A model generated the notes under the pieces. The model ran no database searches and was not told the DNA's origin. It worked only from the letters and a program-made list of their open reading frames with translations. A DNA stretch of 64,000 nucleotides from Betaproteobacteria bacterium (GTDB lineage: Bacteria; Pseudomonadota; Gammaproteobacteria; Burkholderiales; SG8-41), in contig JAQBGW010000004.1 of the NCBI GenBank assembly GCA_032128415.1, positions 27,116-91,115 on the forward strand, in the 5' to 3' direction. This document shows, piece by piece, positions 37,189-45,673 of the stretch; the stretch's first letter is position 1, and every line of letters begins with the position of its first letter. A program made the position numbers and the translations under genes.

Positions 37189-37268
37189 ATGCGACCATCA
37201 TTTCCGGTGGTTCACGGCGCAGTCGTGTGCTGAGCCCGGGTGCGGCTATTGCCGGAAGCCGGACCATG

Positions 37269-38717
37269 CGCTATCTGCAGCCCGATTCATTTCCCAAGTT
37301 GCTGGTGATTGGTTTCGCAATGGTGGCGCTGCCGCTGATTTTTGCGCTCGTCAACAACGCGATTTCAATCGACCAGTTTGCCAACCGCAGCCAGCAGGCC
37401 GTGCAACAAGCGGTCCAATCGACACAATCCAGCCGGCGTCTGGCGGAACTGCTTGGCACGCTTGAGCGCAATGCGCGGCAGATGGCGATATTGGGTAATC
37501 GCTCCCTGATGGATGCCTACGAAACCAACCACGTGGCATTTGTGCATACGGCTGAGGAGATTGCGGCTTTACCGTTTGATCCGGAGCAGCGGGCAGCGCT
37601 CGATGCGATCGTGCAAGGCGAAGCCGACATCCATGCGGTGCTGCGTGCCCCGGCGGCGCGCTCGCGCGCATTGCAGCAGGCGGTTGCGGCTTTCCCGACC
37701 CTCGGCGCGCGTGCGCAGCGCATCATCGAGCACGGCGACCGGGTGATCAATCATGAGATCCAGGCCATGCACGAAACCGCAGTGCGCGCCCGGCGTATCA
37801 CGTTGTGGCAGATGCTTGCGCTGGTGCCCGTTGCACTGCTGCTGGCAGGCGGTTTCATTGTGCTGATCGCCCGCCCGATCGGGCAGATTGATGCTGCAAT
37901 CCGGCGCATGGGCAGCGGAGATTTTTTAACTTCAGTCGGTGTCAGCGGTCCGCGTGACCTGCAGTTGCTCGGGCGTCGCATCGAATGGCTGCGGCATCGC
38001 CTGATGGAGCTTGAACAGCAGAAAAACCGTTTTCTGCGCCAAGTGTCGCATGAACTGAAGACGCCGCTCACGGCCTTGCGCGAGGGCTCGGAACTGCTTT
38101 CCGAGCAGGCCATAGGCAAGCTGACTCCGGAACAGCAGGAAGTTGCGGGGATTCTGCGGGAGAACAGCATAGAACTGCAGCGCCTGATTGAAGACTTATT
38201 GTCGTACGGCGCCGCGGAGTTTCATCGCAGTTCACTGCGCTTCGCACCTGTGGAAATCCGACGTGTCGTTGCCCGGGTGCTGGATGACCAGAATCTGGCG
38301 TTACGGGCACGTGGTTTGAAGGTTGCTCCACGAGTCGACGACGTCACCCTTGAAGGAGACTTCGAAAAGCTGCGCATATTGCTCGACAACCTGATCTCGA
38401 ATGCGGCCAAGTTTTCTCCCGAACACGGTGTGATCGAGATCCATGCGCGCGTCGAGAGCCAGCACATGGTGCTGGAGGTGGCGGATTCCGGGGCGGGCAT
38501 ACCGCCGACCGTGCGCGAACGCGTATTTGATCCGTTCTATCGCGGTCGCAGTAATGTGGGTGGGCGGCTGCGGGGATCGGGTATCGGCTTGTCCATCGTC
38601 CGGGATTACGCCCAGGCCCATGGCGGCAATGTGGATGTCGTTGACGAGCCGCATCGCAGCGGCGCGCGGCTGCGTGTGACGTTGCCGTTACATCAGGGTC
38701 AGGGAGCGCTGGCATGA
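37269..38717 (+). CDS. GlrK/QseE-like sensor histidine kinase
   Basis: Two TMs, HAMP, and an H-box region that closely resembles E. coli GlrK as I recall it: GPRDLQLLGRRIEWLRHRLMELEQQKNRFLRQVSHELKTPLTALREGSELLSEQAIGKLTPEQQEV. HATPase_c domain follows. Start is ATG 37269 or upstream 37227. Confidence 0.8.
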   Translation, partial: RYLQPDSFPKLLVIGFAMVALPLIFALVNNAISIDQFANRSQQAVQQAVQSTQSSRRLAELLGTLERNARQMAILGNRSLMDAYETNHVAFVHTAEEIAALPFDPEQRAALDAIVQGEADIHAVLRAPAARSRALQQAVAAFPTLGARAQRIIEHGDRVINHEIQAMHETAVRARRITLWQMLALVPVALLLAGGFIVLIARPIGQIDAAIRRMGSGDFLTSVGVSGPRDLQLLGRRIEWLRHRLMELEQQKNRFLRQVSHELKTPLTALREGSELLSEQAIGKLTPEQQEVAGILRENSIELQRLIEDLLSYGAAEFHRSSLRFAPVEIRRVVARVLDDQNLALRARGLKVAPRVDDVTLEGDFEKLRILLDNLISNAAKFSPEHGVIEIHARVESQHMVLEVADSGAGIPPTVRERVFDPFYRGRSNVGGRLRGSGIGLSIVRDYAQAHGGNVDVVDEPHRSGARLRVTLPLHQGQGALA

Positions 38718-39226
38718 GCGGGTTAAGGCGGGTTGCGCTGTTGTTGGTGCTACTGGCGCTAGCCGGATGCAGCGTATGGCGGGGCATGGTGCAGCTCGAC
38801 CAACCGGCGGCGGTCGTAGAGGTGCGCGGTGATCCTGCGGAAGCTGGTGCAGCGCTGGCGTATTACTCGCGGGTGCGCCGGATGGCAGCGCCGGAACTGC
38901 TGCGCGAGCAGGATGCTGCGCGACGCCTGCTCGGGCGCGCCCAGACCAACAGTAGCAAGGACAGCAACCGCGTGCGCTATGCGCTGACGCTGGTTGCCGC
39001 CGGATCTTCGAGCAGAGATGACGTGCGCGCGCTGGAGTTGCTGGAGCCGGTGGCACGTAATAACGGCAGCGCGCTGCAAGGGCTGGCGTTACTGATGACG
39101 ACGTTGCTGCATGAGCAGCGCCGAATTGAAGGACAGGCACAGAGCCTGCAACAAAAGCTGGATGCTCTGCTCAATCTGGAGCGGAACATGACAGCGCGGG
39201 ATAGCACAGGAGCTCAAAAACGATGA
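38714..39226 (+). CDS. lipoprotein in the QseG/YfhG position
   Basis: Overlaps the kinase stop (ATGA) and the regulator start. Lipobox LALAGC. Helical, with a Gln/Leu-rich C-terminus. The assignment rests on position between the kinase and regulator genes, not on sequence identity. Confidence 0.6.
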   Translation: MSGLRRVALLLVLLALAGCSVWRGMVQLDQPAAVVEVRGDPAEAGAALAYYSRVRRMAAPELLREQDAARRLLGRAQTNSSKDSNRVRYALTLVAAGSSSRDDVRALELLEPVARNNGSALQGLALLMTTLLHEQRRIEGQAQSLQQKLDALLNLERNMTARDSTGAQKR

Positions 39227-40608
39227 ATATGGCGATGCAGGAGAGAATTCAGGGTGGTGCACGGGTGCTGGTGGTTGATGACGATCCCGGCTTGTTGCGA
39301 CTGATGCAATTGCGTTTGGAAGCAGCGGGTTACGGTGTGACCACTGCCGACAGCGGTGAGCGCGCGCTGGCGCAGATTAACGTGTCGCGGCCAGGTGTGG
39401 TCGTAACCGATCTGCAGATGGGGGGCATGGATGGCATCGCACTATTCGAGAGCATACGCGCGGAGCACGCAGCGCTGCCGGTGATCATGCTGACTGCGCA
39501 CGGCACGATTCCTGATGCGGTGGCGGCAGTGCAAGGCGGGGTCTTCGGATACTTGACCAAGCCGTTCGATGCCAAGGTTTTGCTGGTGGAGATTGAGCGC
39601 GCACTGGCGGTATCCGGTGTGCCGAAATCGAATGAGCCGGGACAGGATGATAGTGCCTGGCGCGCCGGAATCATCACCCGCAATCCGGCGATGGAAGAAG
39701 TGCTGGCGAAATCGCGGCTGGTGGCTGCGGGCGACGCCGCGGTACTGATTCAGGGCGAGTCGGGCACCGGCAAGGAATTGTTGGCGCGTGCGATACACGC
39801 GGCCAGCCCGCGCCGCGACCGACCCTTCGTGGCCATCAACTGCGCCGCCATCCCGGAACCGTTGCTGGAGTCCGAACTGTTTGGTCACGTCAAGGGCGCA
39901 TTTACCGGAGCGGTGCGCGAGAATCGCGGCCTGTTCCAGGCCGCCGACGGCGGCACGTTGCTGCTCGACGAAATCGGCGATATGCCGCCGGCACTGCAGG
40001 TCAAGCTGCTGCGCGTGTTGCAGGAAAAGCAGGTGCGTCCGGTAGGCGGCATGCAGCACATACCGGTTGATGTGCGCGTAATATCGGCGACGCACCGCAA
40101 TCTCGAAGTTGAAATGGCTGCGGGAAATTTCCGCGAGGATCTGTACTACCGGTTGAAGGTGGTGGCGCTGACCCTGCCGCAACTCGCCGAGCGCCGCGAA
40201 GATATTCCCCTGCTGGCGGCGCATTTTCTGAGCGAGTTGATTGCACGCTACAAAAAGGACGTGACCGGGTTGGCGCCGGAGGCGGTGGAATTGCTGGTTA
40301 CCGCTTCCTGGCCCGGTAACGTGCGCCAGCTCTACAACGTCATTGAACAATCGGTGGCGCTGACGACAACGCCGCGCATCCCGATGAGCCTGCTGCAGCA
40401 GGCAATACGGCGTGAGCAGACTGAGTTTGAATCTTTCGAACAGGCACGGCGCAAGTTCGAGCGCGACTATCTCGCCCAGTTGCTGAAAATCACCGAGGGC
40501 AATGTCACGCAGGCGGCGCGCATGGCCAAGCGCAATCGCACCGAGTTCTACAAGTTGTTGCAGCGTCATCAGCTCGATGCGCGGCTGTTCAAGGGGCAAC
40601 GTGCCTGA
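39223..40608 (+). CDS. GlrR/QseF-like sigma54-dependent response regulator
   Basis: REC ([13 protein letters not shown]...DLQMGGMDG), AAA+ sigma54-activator domain ([21 protein letters not shown]) and a C-terminal Fis-type HTH ([26 protein letters not shown]), colinear with E. coli GlrR as I recall it. Confidence 0.85.
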   Translation: MNMAMQERIQGGARVLVVDDDPGLLRLMQLRLEAAGYGVTTADSGERALAQINVSRPGVVVTDLQMGGMDGIALFESIRAEHAALPVIMLTAHGTIPDAVAAVQGGVFGYLTKPFDAKVLLVEIERALAVSGVPKSNEPGQDDSAWRAGIITRNPAMEEVLAKSRLVAAGDAAVLIQGESGTGKELLARAIHAASPRRDRPFVAINCAAIPEPLLESELFGHVKGAFTGAVRENRGLFQAADGGTLLLDEIGDMPPALQVKLLRVLQEKQVRPVGGMQHIPVDVRVISATHRNLEVEMAAGNFREDLYYRLKVVALTLPQLAERREDIPLLAAHFLSELIARYKKDVTGLAPEAVELLVTASWPGNVRQLYNVIEQSVALTTTPRIPMSLLQQAIRREQTEFESFEQARRKFERDYLAQLLKITEGNVTQAARMAKRNRTEFYKLLQRHQLDARLFKGQRA

Positions 40609-40744
40609 TGTCGCGTGCTGCAGACCGGAAAACGTCCTCATAATCAGCAGGTTGGGCTTTTTGCGTGAGGTGACGTCGTGATCAGGCGACAGTCTGTGGG
40701 TGGTGAATTAATATAACCCATTGTTTCTAAACAATTAATCGTTC

Positions 40745-40760
40745 TGGCATCGGGCTTGCT
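40745..40760 (+). promoter_or_regulatory. sigma54 (-24/-12) promoter
   Basis: TGGCAT-cgggc-TTGCT: GG and GC at canonical 12-nt register (TGGCAC-N5-TTGCW consensus, one mismatch), 65 nt upstream of the ATG at 40825 and directly downstream of a sigma54 activator gene. Confidence 0.65.
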
Positions 40761-40824
40761 GTATTCACTGCGGGCTGCCACCGCACGGGGCGGAGCAGCA
40801 CGTAATGATTAACGGAGACCCATC

Positions 40825-41421
40825 ATGCCTTCCACAACCACGCCGGAAGCGGCGCCTGTCAGCCGGACCACTGCTTCGCTGCTGTACCCAACGTTGCTGA
40901 TTGCCGGCATCGCGGTAACCATTGCCAGTGCACTGGGCATTGCAGCAATGATGGGATGGTTGCCTATGGCGCAATCGCAATCCACGCAGTCGCAATCCAT
41001 TGAACCGCCTGCGGCGACCGCACCTGCACGCAAAGCCCGGCAGAGTGCACCGGCCAAAATGCCGAAGCGTACCGTTGTTGCTGCGCGTTGCGCCGACTGC
41101 GGTGTGGTCGATTTGATTCATGTAATGCAGGTCAAAGGGCAGGGCAGCGGCGTGGGTGCTGTGACGGGTGGCGTGGTCGGCGGCATACTTGGCAATCAAG
41201 TCGGCGGTGGACGGGGGCGCACGGCAATGACAGTGGTTGGAGCCGGCGCTGGCGCCTACGCAGGCCATGAACTTGAAAAGAACATGAACAAACAGGTTAA
41301 CTACGAAGTACATGTACGCATGGAAGATAATAGTGTGCGTGTTATTCGCACGCCGGATCCGGCAGTTGCTGTCGGCCAGCGGGTAAAAATCAGGGACGGC
41401 CATATGGTCGCGGCCGGGTGA
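40825..41421 (+). CDS. glycine-zipper 2TM (SlyB / 17-kDa-antigen-like) membrane protein
   Basis: N-terminal TM anchor. GSGVGAVTGGVVGGILGNQVGGGRGRTAMTVVGAGAGAYAG glycine zipper. GGAG RBS. Confidence 0.8.
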   Translation: MPSTTTPEAAPVSRTTASLLYPTLLIAGIAVTIASALGIAAMMGWLPMAQSQSTQSQSIEPPAATAPARKARQSAPAKMPKRTVVAARCADCGVVDLIHVMQVKGQGSGVGAVTGGVVGGILGNQVGGGRGRTAMTVVGAGAGAYAGHELEKNMNKQVNYEVHVRMEDNSVRVIRTPDPAVAVGQRVKIRDGHMVAAG

Positions 41422-41511
41422 TTCAGGCAGATGGGTTACTCGGGCGCGCTGTATAGTGCCCCCGGCGCTGCCGTGCCGGGTTGCAGGGTGAAATTAAAAG
41501 GAATTCCAGTG

Positions 41512-41739
41512 ATGAGTCGGTATGTGGCCGTGATGTTGTTCATTGCAACGGTGGCGGCCTGTGCGCAGAAGCCGCCGCAGCATTTCAATCTGTCCGGTTA
41601 TTCGTCGGCCTTCAAAAGCGGCCATGCCGATGGATGCTCCTCTGCCGGCGGCACGCTCGAGCGCGACGAACGTCGTTTTCAGGCGGACGCCGATTACACG
41701 ATGGGCTGGAACGACGGCCACAGTGCGTGCGGTAAGTAG
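41512..41739 (+). CDS. small lipoprotein (75 aa)
   Basis: ATG at 41512. MSRYVAVMLFIATVAAC lipobox. Confidence 0.6.
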   Translation: MSRYVAVMLFIATVAACAQKPPQHFNLSGYSSAFKSGHADGCSSAGGTLERDERRFQADADYTMGWNDGHSACGK

Positions 41740-41850
41740 TTTTCCGGCAATGTGAGGCGCGTGCGGCACTTCAGTTTTCCCTGATTTTTGCCGTTAAACA
41801 GGAAGCGAATTGCTCCGTAGGTGTGCGGGGCGGCCTTATGGCGACCGTAC

Positions 41851-42546
41851 ATGACTGAAAATTCCCAAAAAAACAGTACAACCGTTCAGGAACTGCGCGC
41901 CGCTGTGTTGCGTATGTTGATCGTCGAGGATAACGCTGACGATGTGGCGCTGCTGGTCGCGCAGCTCGCGCGTGCCGGCCGGGAAGTAGTGCACCAGCGG
42001 GTTGATACTGCCGTCGGCATGAGAGAAGCGTTGCGGGAGGCAGAATGGGATGTGGTCATTTCCGATCACGTGATGCCTGCCTTCAGTTCTGCGGAGGCGC
42101 TGCAGGTGTTGCGCCAGAGTGGCCGCAATATACCTTTTATCATTTACTCCGGCTGCATCAGCGAGCAGGTCATCGAGAACGCGCGCCGCGACGGCGTCCA
42201 CAATTGCATAGTCAAGGGCCAGCTTGGCGAACTCATGCCGGCCATGGAGCGCGAGTTGCGCGCCAATGTTCGCGAGGCCAGGCCTTCTGCCGTCAATCTG
42301 GTGCATCTGGCCGACTATGACCGGGTCACTGGTCTCCCGGGTCGCGATCTGTTCATGCGCCAGGTGGAACTACAACTGGCGGGCGCACGCCCGAATGAGC
42401 ATATTGCAGCTTGTTTTATTGATATCGCCCGTTTTATGCGAGTCAATCAAACTTTCGGATATGACGCGGCGGATCGTGTGCTCGCACAGATCGCGCGGCG
42501 CCTGAAAGCGGGCGCATCGCTGACGCAGGTATGCACGAGGTCGTAG
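41851..42546 (+). pseudogene. 3'-truncated REC-GGDEF(-EAL?) gene
   Basis: REC domain (LRMLIVEDNADD...VISDHVMP) followed only by the N-terminal half of a GGDEF domain (DRVTGLPGRDLF...FIDIARFMRVNQTFGYDAADRVLAQIARRLKAG). It ends before the GGDEF active-site motif. Confidence 0.65.
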
Positions 42547-42629
42547 CCGCCTTGCCGCAATGTCCACAGCAGCAGATCGGCGTCGTCCGCCGAGTCCTCG
42601 ATCAACAGTAAGCGCAAGGTCTTGTTCAT
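42447..42629 (-). pseudogene. N-terminal REC-domain fragment (about 40 aa) of a second signalling gene
   Basis: ATG at 42629, 4 nt after the stop of the upstream response regulator gene. MNKTLRLLLIEDSADDADLLLWTLRQGGYDLVHTCV... parallels the REC N-termini of 41851 and 44161, then runs into the antisense of the truncated GGDEF gene. Confidence 0.5.
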
Positions 42630-42633
42630 GGTT

Positions 42634-43053
42634 TCATCCCGGCAACGTTGGCGGAGTATTGATATCCAGCCAATATCCGGCAATCTGCTCTACCGAGCTG
42701 ATGTAGTCCTCATAAGTTACAGGTTTGATTACATAGCTGTTGCAGCCCAGACTGTAACAACGTGCGATGTCGCCCGGCTCGTTGGAAGAAGTAAAAATTA
42801 CTACGCATAGACGGCGGGTGCGCTCATCGCCGCGAATCTGTCGCAGCACCTCGGCGCCGTCGAGTTTCGGTAGTTTCAGATCGAGCAGCACCAGGCACGG
42901 CAGCGGCACCATTTCTTCAAGCAAGGCGATCGCCTCCGCGCCGTTCCGCGCGATGGCAACTCTTTCCTCTCGGCCGGCCCTGCGCAGGCCGCGTTGGGTC
43001 AATGACTCCTCGTCGGGGTTGTCCTCGACCAACATGATGCTACGTGTGTTCAA
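42634..43053 (-). CDS. single-domain (CheY-like) response regulator
   Basis: 139 aa. VEDNPDE, LLDLKLPKLDG, and K in YVIKP. Confidence 0.9.
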   Translation of the reverse strand: MNTRSIMLVEDNPDEESLTQRGLRRAGREERVAIARNGAEAIALLEEMVPLPCLVLLDLKLPKLDGAEVLRQIRGDERTRRLCVVIFTSSNEPGDIARCYSLGCNSYVIKPVTYEDYISSVEQIAGYWLDINTPPTLPG

Positions 43054-43553
43054 AAGCGTTCCGTAATTTTACGAGTGAAAAAAATGAAGTTACGGGTACC
43101 TGCAACGTGCCGAGGCACAATGCACTGAACCGTGGCTAAACTGTGTCTAGAGCTCGAATTGATTGATGTCGTGCTGGCGCCGGAAGAACCCAGGCAACCA
43201 AACGGAATTGACTATCTACTTTCCACCCTTACCCCCATCCTGCGACCGAGACCATGATAAACCAGTTTGTCGATGTGTGACCGTACCGCGCGTGCGCCGG
43301 CCGGTTCGCTGCAACTCGTTATTTATGCAATATTTTTTTACAGACTTCAAGTTTGCCCGTGGTCAGCCGTTGAATGGCACGGCCCTGCTTTAACGGAACA
43401 TCCGCGAAGTGGGCTGGGTATACGTGCGTGCCGGAATGCTGCAGTGGGAGTAGCCGGGGCACGATTAGCCGATTAACGAATTAGAAGCGAGACTCCCGCG
43501 TCGAAGCCGCCGGCGGCGACACGGGCCTACAGGGCAGCAGAGGATAGATTCAA

Positions 43554-44063
43554 ATGGCGACACCCAAGGTACATTCACTGATTGTCGCCGGCAATGTCTT
43601 TTTTTGCGCTTTCCGCAAGTCGGCTTTGCGCCCGACCACGCCTACGGTACAGACGCCTATTGCGCCACAGGATGTGCGGGTGATGGCAGAGACCCTGCAG
43701 GGCGCTTGCCGCGATCTTATTGCCGACACCCCCGCGTTGGTGCGGTACTCCGAACTCAATGCTGCGGATCTCGTCAGCGTTGCGAGCATGATCGACGAAC
43801 TGGCTTTCCAGACGCACTTGATGGCGCTGGAGAGCAGGAATTTCACGGCGCCGCGTATCGGGGCTGAGGATATGCAACAGTTGCTGCTCGAAGGGGCGGC
43901 GGTGACCGCCGAGATTCAGTCCTGCATGAGAGCAGCCAATGCGGCGGCAGATCAGTTTTCACGCCGCTTGCGGAAGCAGGCCGAGCGCGCCCTGCGGCTG
44001 GGACGGGATGTTGCGCAGGCGCTGGACGTGGCGGTACGCGATCAAACGCCGGCAACGCCCTGA
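43554..44063 (+). CDS. orphan protein with degenerate methyl-accepting-chemotaxis signalling-domain similarity (possible gene remnant)
   Basis: MIDELAFQTHLMALESRN resembles the invariant MCP hairpin motif I(D/E)EIAFQTNLLALNAAVEAARAG, but the downstream part is diverged. No TM, HAMP or full signalling domain. Confidence 0.45.
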   Translation: MATPKVHSLIVAGNVFFCAFRKSALRPTTPTVQTPIAPQDVRVMAETLQGACRDLIADTPALVRYSELNAADLVSVASMIDELAFQTHLMALESRNFTAPRIGAEDMQQLLLEGAAVTAEIQSCMRAANAAADQFSRRLRKQAERALRLGRDVAQALDVAVRDQTPATP

Positions 44064-44160
44064 CATATCAGGGCAGGAATCGCGCCGCGGGATGCCGCAG
44101 GATTCGCAGTATTCAATTTTCCCCGGCTGACGCCGGTTTCCGCCGAAATACTTTTCCGTC

Positions 44161-45363
44161 TCAGTTACTGAGGCAGTCGGCGGCGCTGATCGGGATCGTT
44201 GCGGCGATCAGCCCGTTTTTCTCGAGAAAACAACGCAACTCTGCTGCGGGCATCGGTTTGCCGATCAGAAAACCCTGCATCAGGTCGCACCCGTTGCTGC
44301 GCAGGAAGTCAGCTTGCGCGGTAGTTTCGACACCCTCGGCCACTACGCTCAGACGCAGGCTGCGCCCCATGGCGATGAGCGCATTGGTAATGGCGACATC
44401 GTCGGCATCATGCGGTATGTCTTTGATGAAGGAGCGATCCACTTTCAGGGTGTTGACCGGGAAGCGCTTCAGGTATCCCAGTGACGAATAGCCGGTGCCG
44501 AAGTCATCAATGGCGAGTTTTACGCCCAGTGCGCGCAACTCGTGGAGGGTTGTTGTCGCCTGCTCCGGTTTGTCCATCACCATGCTTTCGGTGATTTCGA
44601 GTTCCAGCGTTTCGGGGGGCAGCCCGGTATCTTCCAGAATATGGCGCACGTCGCTCACCAGATCGTCGTGAGAAAATTGCCGTGGCGACAGATTTACCGC
44701 AATACGGAAGTCGTGCGCGCCGGCGTCCTGCCAGCACTTGGCTTCAACGCAGGCGCGCATCAGCACAATGCGCCCGATCGGCACAATCAGGCCGGTTTCT
44801 TCAGCGAGCGGGATGAATTTTACTGGCGACATCATGCCCAATCCGGGATGGTTCCAGCGCAGCAGTGCTTCTGCACCTACGACGCGACCGGTAGCAACTT
44901 CCACCTGAGGCTGGTAATGAAGCAGGAACTCATCCAGCTCGATGGCCCGGCGCAGGAAGCGCTCGATCACCACGTTTTCGAATGAGCGGGCATTCATCTG
45001 TGGCGAGTGGAACTGAAAATTGTTCTTGCCCTGATCTTTGGCCCTGTACATCGCCAGTTCAGCATTGCGCAGCAGGGCAGCAACCGCAGTTTCCTCACCG
45101 ATCGCACCTGATACCAGGATGAAGGGAATGTCCTGGTCGTGGGCCCTGACCATGGCGAGCGCCTCGATGCCGTCGAACTGCGGCATGTTGTGGTCGCTGA
45201 GTACGGCGTGCCATGGACCCTGTTGCAAAGCTGCGGCGAGCGTCTCCCGGGTCCATACTCGCTGATGATCGACCTCGACGCCGGAGTGCTTCAGCGCGGC
45301 GAGCACCAGGCAAGCATCGTCCTCGCTGTCTTCGACGAGCAGTACGCGGGCGATGGGTTTCAT
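44161..45363 (-). CDS. REC-EAL c-di-GMP phosphodiesterase carrying a GGDEF relic
   Basis: ATG at 45363. REC (VLLVEDSEDD...LSDHNMP) joins directly to LLRNAELAMYRAKDQGKNNF, the extreme C-terminus of a GGDEF domain. A complete EAL domain follows (EALLRW, NLSPRQ, EITES, DDFGTGYSS, EGVE). Confidence 0.85.
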   Translation of the reverse strand: MKPIARVLLVEDSEDDACLVLAALKHSGVEVDHQRVWTRETLAAALQQGPWHAVLSDHNMPQFDGIEALAMVRAHDQDIPFILVSGAIGEETAVAALLRNAELAMYRAKDQGKNNFQFHSPQMNARSFENVVIERFLRRAIELDEFLLHYQPQVEVATGRVVGAEALLRWNHPGLGMMSPVKFIPLAEETGLIVPIGRIVLMRACVEAKCWQDAGAHDFRIAVNLSPRQFSHDDLVSDVRHILEDTGLPPETLELEITESMVMDKPEQATTTLHELRALGVKLAIDDFGTGYSSLGYLKRFPVNTLKVDRSFIKDIPHDADDVAITNALIAMGRSLRLSVVAEGVETTAQADFLRSNGCDLMQGFLIGKPMPAAELRCFLEKNGLIAATIPISAADCLSN

Positions 45364-45673
45364 AGGGATGCGGGGTCGGCAATCCTCAGGGACTGTCGAG
45401 GATCCTTGTTGGGATATTGCGTCGCGAGCAGCGAGTGGCGGCGTAATGGTCGCCAACCTGCGCATGATCCGGATTATTCAAAATAAGTCCCTTGATGTCA
45501 TTGCCATAGCCGACGCATCAAGCGCCTCCTGCGGTTGGCCAGGTGATAACGGCGGGACAGACGGGAAACTTGAGGAAAGATTGTGCTGCCACGCACCAGG
45601 GAAGCGCACCGCGAAAATATCGTAACCCGTTGTTTTATTTAATTATTTTTAAACGGCGCACACGGCACTGGGG

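Noticed and set aside
43146-43160. TCTAGAGCTCGAATT (XbaI-SacI-near-EcoRI), reminiscent of a cloning polylinker or vector contamination.
   Set aside because: The EcoRI site is imperfect (GAATTG), the site order does not match common polylinkers I know, and the flanking sequence has no vector features. Most likely coincidence in an AT-richer intergenic region.
43375-43390. Sigma54-like motif TGGCAC-ggccc-TGCTT upstream of the MCP-like ORF.
   Set aside because: The GG-to-GC register is 11 nt instead of the required 12 (the GC is shifted by one), unlike the promoter at 40745. It is also 165 nt from the ORF start.
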